Part shown: positions 1-13,363 of the stretch, one piece after another | How positions within the stretch are numbered: position 1 is the first letter of the stretch | Layout: every line of letters starts with the position of its first letter | Assembly: GCF_009914755.1 (NCBI RefSeq) | Contig: NC_060928.1 | Source: the human T2T-CHM13v2.0 reference genome, Homo sapiens | DNA: 64,000 nucleotides | Direction: 5' to 3' (one strand) | Notes under the pieces: generated by a model | What the model saw: the letters and a program-made list of their open reading frames with translations, nothing else | Databases searched by the model: none | Told to the model about the DNA's origin: nothing | Program-made: the position numbers and the translations under genes

Positions 1-1574
1 CAGCAGATTACACGTTTATTATCTCTGTGTCCACCTGCACACGTTGCATTACCCTTTAAAGTTCAGCTCACATTTAGACAGTGCATGATTTGAAGGCAAG
101 AGGTCATCATTTATCTTGTTGCAGTCCCAAGTTTTAAAACAGTGTCATTAATTGTACTTTACCTAAATTGGTCACGTTGACAACCTGGCTCTCAAATCTC
201 ATTTTTGAATTCCAGACCCACAAAACCATTGATCCCTGGCCAGTAATTTCATTTTTTGGTGCATTCCTGTCTTTCCTTTAAACCTAGCTTGCCATAAATG
301 TAAACGCTGTCATTGATCTTTTTATCTCATTGTGAGAATATCAGTAAGAAAATCATGATAAGTATAAATGTCCCTAAGTGAACATAACTACAACAGATTA
401 GAACATAGTACAATCAATATATTAAAGGAAAAAAGACTGGTAATAAATATACCGATATGATACCAATAGTCATCAATAAGTTGAGAGATTACAGATATTT
501 ATATTTTGTTAATAATCATATTTTATAATTTTTGTGCATATTTGTAGTTTTATTAGTTATATAATAATCAAAATAAAACACATTTATTTTAAAAGTTCCT
601 GAGAAATGAATGTCTCTTTCCTTTTTAAATTGCTTGAAAAAGATTTCATATGAATTTTCATTATTATCATTATGACAATTAGTGGACAAGTTTTTTGTCC
701 TTTTTATATATTATCAGTACAAACTCTATTTAATTTCTATTTTCTCAGTCACTTTACCTCCTTGGTTAGATTCATTGCTCCTTTAAAAATTTTTCCATTT
801 TTTTCCCCTTAATCTTTCTAGGTATAGCTAGCAATACTATACATGTAATCAATTTGGAAATAAATGGTGGTGGTTTTATTTTTGTGCCATTTTAAAATAT
901 ACTTCAAAGTGGAGTTTATCATTAGTTGTATAATACTGTTTTGAAAATAAGATGTTCAGGATTATGTTTTATGTCTAAACCATTCAAAATAAATTACACA
1001 CACAAGTTAAATATTCTATTTTATTAAAAGCTGTGGCTAACTTTGGTATTTATAACTCAAATGTAAGAAATGTCATTTAATTATTTGAAAATATTAAATA
1101 CCAAGCCCTCTTGAGTTTTCTTAGTGAATTATATGATATTTTGCTGACCTTTTATTTGGTGGATAAGATCATAAATCAAAGTTTTTGCACATGGGCCATA
1201 TTTAAAGTATTGGCATGGGGTGTGGTTGCCTGAAGTGGCTGTCTTCTTAGTCCCTATTTACAATTTTTCACCAGCTTTTAGTAGAAAACAAAAGTTTATA
1301 AATTCAGAGTCTTTGCTTTTTGGAATATTTGCAAATGGAAATGATTATAAGTGATCATTTGAAAAGTTAGACTATCAAATCAGCAGCTGTAAAAAATAAT
1401 TTATCAAAGAAAGTCTGAAATAAAAATTAAAATGTGAGGCAAAATTAGAAAGTAAAATTGAACATATAAACCAAATAAAAACATATACCTAGAGTTTTCA
1501 TGTGTTTATAGCATAAACACTCAAATTAAAGATGTGAAAAAAATTATACATGAAACTACTCTTTATAATACTAT

Positions 1575-1845
1575 AATTAAGGATACATGTCATTATTAAT
1601 TCACCCAAACTTATAGATTGTACAACACCAGGAGTGAATCCTAGTGTAAACAGTAGACTATGGGTTATAATGAGGTGTCAAAGTAGGTTGTTCATGAATG
1701 GTAACAAATGTACTACCTTTGTGGTAGATGTTGATAATGGTGAATAATAGGGGAGGCTCTGCATGTTAGGGGAGGAAGTATATGGGAAATCTTTGTACCA
1801 TCTGCTCAATTTTGTTGGAAACATAAAACTGCTTTAAAAAGTCTG
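1575..1845 (+). mobile_element. L1MC-type LINE-1 3' end fragment
   Basis: Motifs ggatacatgtcatt..., acaccaggagtgaatcct and atatgggaaatctttgtacc...aaaactgct resemble the L1MC 3' UTR terminus; the same region recurs at ~12360-12635. Confidence 0.75.
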
Positions 1846-1846
1846 T

Positions 1847-1978
1847 GAAAATTATATGTAATAAAATTTACTATAGTATTTACTACAGTAAGAAAAGTAT
1901 ATGTAATGAAATTTACTGTAGTATTTATTACAGTGAAAATTTTATGTAATTAAATTTACTGTAGCATTTACTACACTG
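1847..1978. repeat. Tandem repeat, 3 x ~44 bp, each unit with an internal hairpin
   Basis: Units gaaaa(t/g)t(a/t)tatgtaatNaaatttact(a/g)tag(t/c)attta(c/t)taca start at 1847, 1892 and 1935. Confidence 0.9.
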
Positions 1979-2026
1979 CTTCTAAATTCATGTGAAAATA
2001 CATCAAGTACAAAAGGGTTATTATAT

Positions 2027-4390
2027 TGTATCAGTCTGTTCTCATGCTGTTATAAAGAACTACTTGAGACTGGGTAATATATAAAGAAAAGAGGTTTAAT
2101 TGACTCACAGTTCTACAGGCTGTACAGGAAGTATTGCTAGGAGGCCTCAGGAAATCTACAATCATGGCAAAAGGTGAAGAGCAAGCACATCTTACCATGG
2201 TGAAGCAGGAAAGAGAGTGAGCAAATGTGGAGATTCTACACACTTTTAAACAACCAGTTCTCAAGAGAACTCACTCATTATCATGAGAACAGCAAAAGGG
2301 AAATCTGCCCCCATGATCCAGTCACCTCTCACCAGGCTCCTCCTTCAACACTGGGAATTACAAATTGACATAAGATTTTAGTGAGGACAAAAACCAAATC
2401 ATATCATTCTGCCCCCAGCCCCTCCAAATCTCATGTTCTTCTCACATTTCAAAACATAATCATACCATTCTAACAGTCCTCCAAATTCTTAACTCATTCA
2501 GTATTAACTCCAAAGTACAAGTCCAAAATCTCATCTGGGACAAGACAAGTCTCTTCCACCTATGACCCTGTAAAATAAAAACAAGTGAGTTAGCTCCAAG
2601 ATACAATGGGGTACAGGCATTGGGTAAATGCTGTCATTCCAAAAGAGAGAAACTGGCCAAAACAAAGTGGCTACAGGCCCCATGCAAGTCTAAAACACAG
2701 CAGGGCAGTTGTTAAATGTTGAAACTCCAAAATAATTTTCTTTGACTCCATGTCTCACATCCAGAGCATGCTGATGCAAGAGGTGGGCTCCCAAGGCCTT
2801 GGGTAGCTCCACCCCTGTAACTCTTCAGGGTACAGCCCCAGTGGCTGCTTTCATGGTCTGGCATTGAGCGTACTGTTTCTCCAGGTGCACAATGCAAGCT
2901 GTTGGTGGATATACCATTCTGGGGTCTGGAGTATGGTGACCCTCTTCTCATAACTCCACCAGGCAGTGTTCCAATGGGGTTTCTGTGTGGGGGCTCCAAC
3001 CCCAGATTTCCCTGCCACATTGTCCTAGTAAATGTTCTCCATGAGGGCTCTGCCACTGCATCAGACTTCTGCCTGGACATCCAGGCATTTCCATACATCC
3101 TCTGAAATCTAGGCAGAGGCTCCCAAGCCTCAACTCTTGCCCTCTGCACAACCTCAGGCCCAACATCACATGGAAGCCACTAAGGCTTGTGGCTTGCACC
3201 CTCTGAAGCAAGGCCCTTAGCTGTACCTTGGACCCTTTTAAACCTGGCTGGAGCTGGAGTGTCTGGGACTGAGAGTTCCATGTTCTGAGGCTGTGCAGAG
3301 CATTAGGGTCAGGGCCAGGCCCACAAAACCATTTTTCTTTCCTAGGCTTCCAGACCTGTAATGGGAGAGGCTGCTTCAAAAGTCTCTGACATGCCCTGGA
3401 TGCATTTTTCCCATTGTTTTGGCTACTAACATTCGGCTCTTCTTTACTTATGCAGATTTCTGCAGCCTTCAATTCCTCCCAAGAAAGTGGGTTTTTCTTT
3501 TCTACTACATGGCTGGGCTGCAAATATTATAAAATTTTATGCTGTGCTTTCCTTTTAAATATGAGTTCAAATTTCAGACCATCTTTTTTCCAAACACACA
3601 TGAGTGTATGTGTTTAGAAGCAGCCAGGCCAATTTGAATGCTTTACTGCGTAGAAATTTCTTCCACCAGGTACCTTAAATCATCTTTCTCAAGTTCAAAG
3701 TTCCACAGTTATCTAGTGCAGGGGCACAATGCAACCAGTCTCTTTGCTAAAGCATAGCAAGCCTGAGCTTTACTCCAGTTCCCAATAAGTTCCTCATCTC
3801 CATCTGAGACCACATCAATCTGGCTTCTCTGTCCATATCACTATCAGCATTTTGGTTGAAACCCTTCAACACACCTCTAGGAAGTTCCAAACCTTTCCTG
3901 ACCTTCCTGCCTTCTTCTGAGCCCCCCAAACTGTTCCAACCTTAGCCAGTTACCCGGTTCCGAAGCTGCTTTCACATTTTCAAGTATCTTTATGGCAAAG
4001 CTCCCTTACTTATTAGTTCATTTTTGCACTGCTATAAAAAAACCTCCTGAGACTGGGTAATTTATGAAGAAAAGAGGTTTAATTGACTCACAGTTCCACA
4101 GGCTGTAGAGGAAGTATGTCTGGGAGAAAACTTATAATTATGGTGGAAGGTGAAGGGGAAGCAAGGACCTCTTACCATGGTGAAGCAGGAGAGAGAGAGA
4201 GAGAGCAAAGGGGGAGGTGCTGCACACTTTTAAACAACCACATCTTGGAGAACACACTCACTTTCACAAGAACAGCAAGGGGGAAATCTACCCACATGAT
4301 CTAATCACCTTTCACTAGCCCCCTCCTCCAACACTAGAAATTAAAATTTGACATGAGAGTTAGGTGGAGACACAGAGCTAAACCATATTA
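2027..4390 (-). mobile_element. Full-length MSTA (ERVL-MaLR) element: LTR 2027-2406, MST internal 2407-~4010, LTR ~4011-4390
   Basis: Two homologous LTRs (gagactgggtaat...aaaagaggtttaattgactcacagttc) flank a typical ~1.6 kb MST internal region; 5-bp TSD tatat (2022-2026) / tatgt (4391-4395). Confidence 0.93.
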
Positions 4391-4898
4391 TATGTGAAGT
4401 CAAAGTTTCCTTGCATCATCAATTTTGACTCTTCTCCAAAGCCCTTAAGGCTTCTACTGCTTTAAACCTTAGTTTTCCCTTATCACTCTATACAAATATG
4501 CTTATCTTTCATGGCTCAACAAATTTGTTTATGTTTAGGCAGTGATTTGAATAAAAATGATGTATGCTATACAGTTTTGTTCATTATTGTGGGTTTTCTG
4601 ATTTTCAATTATTTCTTTCAAATTTATTTTTATCGTACTTAATGTGATCCCTCCTAATGGTTAGCTCTTCTTTCCACATTCCTTTATCATAACGTACCAG
4701 AGGTCTATAAGAGTGCAACAAAATAATAATTATGTAGGCACTATTGTGATCACCTGACAACCAATAGTGTATTGCCTTGACTCTCACAGGCAACATTTTG
4801 ATAAGATATTAAAAATACCCATCACCTATTTGTTATTTGACATATCTTTTACATAACATTCACTCAACCTTAAAAATTTTGTTCATTTCAAAACTCAA

Positions 4899-5017
4899 TA
4901 TAATTCCACTTCTTGGAACTTCTATAAGCCTGTGGATTAAAACAAATGCTTCTCCTTTATAATTCCACGTCTTAGAACTTTTATAATTCTGTGGATTAAA
5001 ACAAGTGATTCTCCTTT
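4899..5017. repeat. Tandem duplication, 2 x 59 bp
   Basis: tataattccac...ctgtggattaaaacaa...ttctcctt occurs at 4899 and 4958. Confidence 0.9.
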
Positions 5018-8000
5018 ATGTGTATACTGTGCCCTATCCTCACCTCTGTCACAATGAGTGTGGTTCAGAATATAAATTCACACTTCCAACTTAATTTAAT
5101 TTTCAAGAAACTGTAAGTTTCTCATATAGTTAAGGACTAGACAAGGTGCTAAATATTAAGTGTGGATGAAATGAATATTTTTTGTAATTTCTAAGATATA
5201 TTAGTAAATGGTGTTTTATAGATCAAATTTTTATATGGAAATTCTTTTGAATAAAATAAAACATTGATACTTGTATTTGAAAAATACTAATTTTAATTCT
5301 ACTACTGTTTCTGATTGTTAGACATCCAGTTATCATATATAAAGGTTTAGTAGTGTTCATAAAAGGTTTAAATAGTGTTAATAAAGACAAGTAAAAATTA
5401 GATACTTATGCCAATAATTTTTCATAAAGATGAAAACAAAAAATATTGATATTTATTTTTAAAATAAAAGGTCAGATGTATGATCCTTCATACCTACAGT
5501 CTTAAAGGGATTATTCATAAACCTGAATTGATAATAAATGGTTGTTCTTTACAGGTTTCTATGAATGTCTGTCATGTAAGTAACGATGCAGATGGCTATT
5601 CAGTAAAAGTTATCCAGTAACACTTTTTTAGATCCTTTCATTTTTATCTGAATTACTGACAGTATTCTGTTGATGCTTTTCTTAGAATCTGATAAGATAT
5701 TGCATTTCTGAGACAATCCTCAGTACGTAATGAAAATCAGGATAATTATAATGACATGTCTGTTACTATTAGAAATCATCAAGACTTCAGATCTACAGAT
5801 ATTCCAGATATGAAGAAGAAAAAAAGAAAGTAAGAAAAATGTATGAATATATTTGTATTCTGTAAAAATGCAGGTGTTATCTGTTGCCAAATCTGACATC
5901 ACTAGATGTGGCTGAAGGTACCTAGAATCATGTTTTGTTTCCTGCATTCTCAGACAGTTAGATATGGCTTTAAACAACTTCGAAAATTTTCGGAGTAGTA
6001 GAAGCAAGGATTGTGATTGTTTTATGTTTATGTTGTATATTCCATAGAAAAATATCTTTTGTATAAATATTCTTTATGAGTTTTTAGTGATTTTAAAAGT
6101 GAGCAGGGTATATTTACAATCAAGAGATAATTTGAAAGTTCTGGAATTTTCCTCATCTTTTAACCTAATTGACAGTTTTATATCAATCCTGTTTTGTAAA
6201 ATATTGCCATCTTTAGAAGGAGACATATGTATGAAAACATATTCAGCTTCCCTGAAAAGACATTAACTTAATCTAAGGGGATCCTAAACAAGTTCAAACA
6301 ATGAGTATTCTGCTCCATCATATCTGAATTTTCTTTAATCAGAAATTATAATAATAAGGAAGAGCTGTCTGTTAAATATGAAAAGCATTGTGATTGACTA
6401 CTTGATAGTTACAAAATGATTCTGATTTTATATACAGCCGAAATTTTAAAATTTTAAAAATTCTTATGAGGGGTCACTCATAAATTCTTATGAGTAGAAA
6501 TTTATGTAGGATTTATGGGATATCAAGTGACATGTAATCTTTACTATTGGCTTGGATAATAAGGATGTAAAAAGAAATGTTATGAACTAACAAAGATCTG
6601 AAAAAGCAAGGTTCTATAAGTAGACATATTTGCATGAGTAGAAATTTTATAATATTTAAAAATTTCCGTTGATTTTTCTCCAGGAACAAATTAATTACAT
6701 ATATTCCTTAGAGATTCATAAATGTCTAAATCAATTAACTTAGTCTAACCATCTATTTATACATTCATAAGAAACATGGAAAAATTATAAAATATAATTT
6801 TATTGATCTCATAATCTAGTAATTATTTTGGAAATCTTCATATACATATCTAATATGTATTTTTTAATTGAGATATTTTTATTATAGTAGATACATTATT
6901 ATTTGTGATATAGCAGAAATATTACAGAATTTGGTATCCTAAAACTTTTTCCAGTCCCAGCCATCAAATAATCACTTATTCATTGTGTTCCTTGACCTTA
7001 ATTGGTCCTTCAGCCTAAAGCAATAACTTTTAGTAAATGGTCATAATATTCAGAAGAATGTTTTGCATTGATACAAGCCTCAATTAAATGCAAATGAATT
7101 AAGCGCACTGTATTCATGCAGGTGGAGAGTGTGTATCTTCAGTAATTGTATAGTTAACAGAGAAGAACACTTCAAAACACTTCTTGGAAGAATTCTTGAC
7201 TATTTTTGGTGAAGTTTTATGTGTGTGCATGGGTATGAGTGTGTCGGAAATTTTCCTCAGATTGGTTGATGATCATTGCATAGAGAAATCAAAGAGAAAT
7301 TATCATCTATTACAGAAAATGGCTAATTGTATTTTAAACTGTATTCTCATATTTGAACTCTTCATAGAGAACATTTTTGACATTAGTAACTACGTCATCA
7401 CATAGGTCATTTTAAAATTAAGACTTAGTGAGATATCATGGGGAGTGCCTGAGTTATTATTAAATATTCTCCAAGTAAACAGTATAAAGGGGAAGCATAT
7501 ATTTACTATATTTTTTATTTATAGGAGAAAACTGTTTCCTCCCTTTTCAAGTCATTGCTTTCTTCATTATTTTTACTACATACAGCAGAAAAGTCATGCT
7601 GTGTATAGTTTTCTGACATCTAAACACATAATTTATGCGAACATAAAAAATAATTTTCTTCCTTTTTACTGATGGGTACAAGAGAAGGTTCATAGTAACA
7701 TTTTCTTCTTTGGAGTTTACTTCATCTCCTAAGCTCCATTTACAGTGTTTTAACAAGTGAATTATCTAGTCACAGGTTTAGTGCACCACAACAGATGAAG
7801 TTAAAAGATGTATGAAATGTTCACAAGTATTTCTTTGTTTGCAGGTACAATAGAGAAGATGAAACAAATTTAAATGAGTTTCAAAGACTTTATGTACTTT
7901 CAGTTATATTTTTATCTTGCTTTTTCAGATATTTGTTACTTCATCACAACCTTTCTTTTTACACCCTTATTATCCAGTACAGTAGTAATTATTACAAGTC

Positions 8001-8565
8001 ACTCGATGTCCTATAAATCCTACATAAAAGTATTGAATTAGGAAACAAAATTTGACTTGGAAGTAAATGACTCATCTAACTTAAATGTGTGAAGTTAACC
8101 ATTTATGAGTGGTAATATTCAATTATTTTCTTTCTTTAAAGTCAGTTTACATTCATTAACGAAGACTTGAAAGGGTACAAAAAGGCTTAGGTAGACAGCG
8201 AAACAGGAACTTCAACTTATTTCTCGTTTCCCTTTAATAGGGATTATTTTAGTATTTGAATGTAATTGACTTCTTCCAGCTTTCATGTTTCTGGTCTGGT
8301 TGGGGTATTGCTTATGGTTGTCACATCTCCTACTGTGGCTTTAAAAGTGATTTGAAAAGTCTGTTGTTTAAACCTCTCAGGCAGATGTTACTTTTACCAC
8401 CACAGTTAAGCATGGCTCCTGTGTGTTTGACTTTCAAAATCCCTGCTAAGACCCTTGCTGAGATCAGAAATGGTTTGTTTATTAAATCTATATCTTTACA
8501 TTGTGTGTGGGGTCTAAAAAGAAATACCAGCTTTGTGACAGAATCCTAAGGGAATACACACTTAC

Positions 8566-8610
8566 TTAATCTTTCATCCAACACCACTTTCCAGCAACAA
8601 AGATGTACGT
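8566..8610 (-). other. Candidate 45-nt internal exon
   Basis: Minus strand reads cttgctccttttataactctag|ACGTAC...GATTAA|gtaagt: pyrimidine-rich acceptor and consensus donor. Confidence 0.35.
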
Positions 8611-9612
8611 CTAGAGTTATAAAAGGAGCAAGTAGTATTTTGGCTTTCATCAGTATCAAGTTGGTTTACACACTGTCAGAAATTTCCACATAGACTCTAT
8701 TTTATGTATGAGGTTAGAATATCACAAATGCCAATTTTTGTTGAATATGTTTGGTAAAGTCTATTTTCTATTGAGTTTTATTATAAATACTTTTCATACC
8801 TCATATATGTGAAACAGTCTATCATTAATTTATGACTACATATTTAATTTTAACCATGATTTCAGTATAATTTAATGATGGTTATTTGATGTTATTAAGA
8901 TATTGATTTACATGCTTTGATCATAGTAAAATTATTCAATTACTTGGCACTGAATACAGAGACAATAAAAATCAAATTCCATGATATAATTCCACAGCCT
9001 GCTGTAAAATATATTGTGACCAATGGAATCAAGATGTAGGGAGTGCTAGTTACATCAATAACTTATTTTCATTAATTGCTGGTAATAAAGATGTCATCCC
9101 TTAATTGATATTTACTTCAAAAATGTAGACAAGACATTCTTATTAGAATAAATATAAGGAGAAACAAGTAAAAAATCTGAAAAATAACTTTAATCACACA
9201 AAATTTCATCTCTTAAAGATAATCACATTTTATTTTTTGGTACTCATCATGTTTCTCTTTAATGAAGTAAACTGATTTTTAAAATTAATATAGCTTTTAT
9301 TTCAATTTATTAGCTATCAAAATCAAGTACTGTATCAAATTGATAATTGGCCTGATTGATTAATGCAATTAATGCATAATGTTTTCACCAGTTGAACTGC
9401 CCAAAAGCACCTTAGTTCTAAGCTACTGTACTAGATTTTAGCAAGAATGTTTACATTGTTAATTAATTTTATCATTTGTAAAATGACTATGGTAACATTT
9501 TTATCTAGAGTCCTTATTTGTGATACATAAATGTTTGATGTATATATATATATTGCTTGAAACCAAGACTTTCTTTTTTTAAAAGTAATAGAGTATTGTT
9601 CACAGAGTAACC

Positions 9613-9626
9613 GTTTTTGTTTTTTG

Positions 9627-9657
<31 letters not shown>

Positions 9658-9932
9658 GAGACATGGTTTTTTCCTGTAACCCAGGCTGGAGTGCAGTGGT
9701 GCCATCAAGGCCTGCTGCAGCCTCGAACTCTCAAGTCTCAAGCAATCCTCCCATCTCAGCCTCCCGAGTAGCTGAGACCACAGGTGTGTGACAGCATACC
9801 CAGCTAATTTTTTTTTAAATTCTTTGTAGAGAAAGTGCCCAGGCTGGTCTCGAATTCCAGGGCTTAAGTGATCCTTCCACCTCAGCCTCCCAAAGTGTTA
9901 GGATTAATAGGCGTGAGCCAATGTACCTGACC
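9613..9932 (-). mobile_element. AluJ
   Basis: Poly-T tail, Alu dimer with J-type positions; TSD cacagagtaa(c/t)c at 9601-9612 / 9933-9944. Confidence 0.95.
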
Positions 9933-10134
9933 CACAGAGTAATCTTCTACTCTACATTGCATTTGTAAACTACAAACAAAAATCAATAATTTATTTTTCA
10001 TGCTATATTACTTTCTATTCGCAGAGGGAAATCACCACAAAATTGTCTTCTTTACTTAAATAAATGGTATTCTGCCCCCAAGAACAATATGAAGATTTGT
10101 TCTTTATAAACTGCTTAACCTTCCAGTTGTAGTG

Positions 10135-10416
10135 TTGTGGACCTTTAATCCAGTATGACTGACATCCTTAAAAGAGAGGAGAGACACAGAGCGGGGCATG
10201 TGAAGATGGGCAGAGATTGGAATTATTCTGTCACAAATCAACAAATGTTTGAGGCTACCAGAAGCTGGAAGAGGCATGGATGGATTCTCTCCTAGAAGCT
10301 TTGGAGAGTATATGGCCCTGCCAACACCTTGATTTCAGACTCTAGACACCAGAAATGTGAGAGATATATTCCTGTTGCTTTACGCCACCTTATGGCAGTC
10401 CTAGGAAACCAACACA
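10135..10416 (+). mobile_element. MLT1B/C MaLR LTR, 3' part
   Basis: accagaagctggaagaggca...ggccctgccaacaccttgatttcagac...ctaggaaaccaacaca. Confidence 0.85.
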
Positions 10417-10429
10417 AATGCTTAATTTA

Positions 10430-10745
<316 letters not shown>

Positions 10746-11614
10746 TTAAAATAAATTATTGAAGATTGAAGATTTCAACTTAAGAAACCAGAAAAAAGAG
10801 GCAACTCATGTAACAACCATGAAAAATAACAAAAATATGAGAAGATATTTTTCCACAAAGAAACTTTAGGCCTATATGATCTACTTGTGAATTTTATTAA
10901 GCATGTAAATAATAACACATTGTAGCATGTACTTATAAAGTGAGTAAAATTCTAATATTAAATCTGATACAGAAATTAAAGAAAACAATTACAGCAATAG
11001 CCCTAATGAACATATTCACAAAAATCATTTACAAAATGTTAGTGAATCAAATGCAGCAATATGTAAAATGGAACATAATTATCTTGCCAAAATGAGGCTT
11101 ATCCCACTAATACAAGACTGTCTTAACATTTAAAAATGTATCAATGGTGTTTCACCGTATTAACAAAATAAAGAGAAAATTCACATATAATCATTTAAAT
11201 AGATGTAATTCAACACCCGTTCCATAATAAAACACTCAGTAACTATGAATATGGCATACACTGTCCACAATCAGAAAGATGGGTGTGAAAATCTATGGGG
11301 AACATCAATCATATTGGTATAATATTAATAGTTTTCTCTTTAATTTGGGGGAAAATCATGATCACCTGCTCTTCCCATTTCTATTTAACATTGTTTGGAA
11401 GTCCTAGCCCAAAAAAAATAAAATAAAATAAATCAAGAAATATGAAAAATAAATAAAAACTAGAGAAAATAAAATTAAAATTAAAAACATAAAAGTTAGG
11501 AAGAAATATGTAAGATGACTATTTACAGACACATGGTTTTTTACATAGAAAATTCTAAAATATCTACAGCTATAGAATTAATGATTCAAGTTTTCAACAT
11601 TGAAGATGCGCTAC

Positions 11615-12640
11615 ATTATGTGAAATCAGGGAAATGCAAATTAAAATAACAAGGAGATACCACTGCACTATATTATTTATTTTTTCTATTGATCTATTTA
11701 ACTTATTATCATGCCAACATAGTGATGTTTACCTTAGGTGTGTAGTTTATGGAAAGCCTTGAAGTGAGGCCTCGAGCAGCCAAAATCTGGAACACGGACC
11801 ACAGCAACATTGGTGATGATATGGAGCATCAGGATCTCATGCACTACTGAGGAGAACGCAAAATGGTACAGCCACTTTGGAAGACAGATTGGCAGCTTTT
11901 TACAAAATTAAACATGCCGTTACCATAAGATCCATCAAATGCACTCCTTGGTTTTTAATGAAATAAAATGAAAACTTATGTCCACACAACAAACCTAAAC
12001 ATAGATGTTTAAAGCAGTTTTATTTGTAATTACCCAAATTAAAAGCAACAAGATGTCCTTCAGTAGGTGAACAGATAAACTATGAAGCATTCAGATAATG
12101 GAATATTATTCAGTGCTAAAAATAAATGACCTATCAAGTTATGGAAACCACAGAGGCAACTTACATTTCTAATACTAAGTGAAAGAAGCCAATCTAAATA
12201 GGCGATACACTGTATGATCCCAAATATATGAAATTCTGGGAAAAAAAATCAATAGAGACATTAAAACTGTCAGGCTAAGGGTTGGAAGGTGGAGGATGAA
12301 TAGGCAAAGTACGAAGAGTCTGTGGGGTGTGAAAATACTTTGTATGATGCAATAATGATGGATAAGTCATTATACATTGTCCAAACCCACAGAACGTCCA
12401 ACAAACACCAGGAGTGAATGCTCATGTGAACCACGGACTTTCAGTGATAATGATGTGTCGTGTAGGTTAACCAATGGTAAAAATGTACGACTCTGGTGAC
12501 ACATTTCACCCCATCCCCTTGGGAGATGCTGATAATGAGAAAGGCTACGCATGTGCATGTGTGTGGGGAGGAAATACAGGGGAAATCTCTGTACCTTCCT
12601 CTTAATTTTGCTGTTTATCTGAAACTGCTCTAAATATTTT
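11615..12640 (+). mobile_element. L1MC1/2-like 3' fragment nested in the older L1
   Basis: gaaatgcaaattaaaa...ggtacagccactttggaagacag...gtccaaacccacagaa...ggaaatctctgtaccttcctc. Confidence 0.8.
11672..11768 (-). repeat. 97-bp inverted copy of 13370-13466
   Basis: The reverse complement matches 13370-13466 at 93/97 positions by manual alignment. Confidence 0.92.
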
Positions 12641-13069
12641 TAATAATAATTTTAAAAATCAGCAAGTTTGCAAGATTTGTCATCTTATATAACATTCAAT
12701 TACACTTAAATATGACAGTAAAAATATTGAAAAATGGAATTTAAAAATCCAATTACCAATAGCATCCAAAAATAAATGGCAAAAATTCATCTAGCAAATA
12801 ATTTGAAACACCTTCCTGTACACTGAAAACTATAAGAGATTACCAAAAAAAGGTAATGAATACTTTAATAAATGGATAAATAAATGTATTCCCATGTTAG
12901 AAAACTCAATTTTGTTAAAATTTTCAATTTTGTTAGTAGAATTTTTATGGAAAATCACAAGTTTTTCTGCAATTCATTCTAACATATGTATGGAAATGTA
13001 CAAGATCTACAATAGTCAAACAATCTTGAAAATTAAAACAATTTGGAGGACTTAAAATATCTCACTTCC

Positions 13070-13363
13070 AGCCAGGCACAGTGGCTCATGCCTTTAATCT
13101 CAGCACTTTGGGAGGCTGAGGCGGGTGGATCACTTGAGTGCAGGAGTTCGAGACCAGCCTCGCCAACATGGTGAAACACTGTCTCCACTAAAAATATGGA
13201 AATTAGCCAGGCGTGGTTGCACACACCTGTAATCCCAGCTACTCGGGAGGCTGGGACAGGAAAATCCCTTGAACCCAGGAGGCAGAGGTTGCTGTGAGCC
13301 TAGATAGAGACACTGTACTCCAGCCTGGGCAAAGAGTGAGACTGGGCAAATAGCGACAACAAC
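13070..13363 (+). mobile_element. AluS (Sx/Sz-like)
   Basis: Full Alu dimer; TSD core ctcacttc on both sides, downstream of a tt/aaaa L1 endonuclease site (13052-13057). Confidence 0.93.

Noticed and set aside
1847-1978. CRISPR-like palindromic repeats (also 20894-20968)
   Set aside because: The units are contiguous with no unique spacers, there are no cas genes, and the DNA is primate.
2712-3523. 145-aa and 191-aa minus-strand ORFs
   Set aside because: They lie within the MST internal region and are degenerate MaLR ORF remnants; similar peptides recur at 56331-57448.
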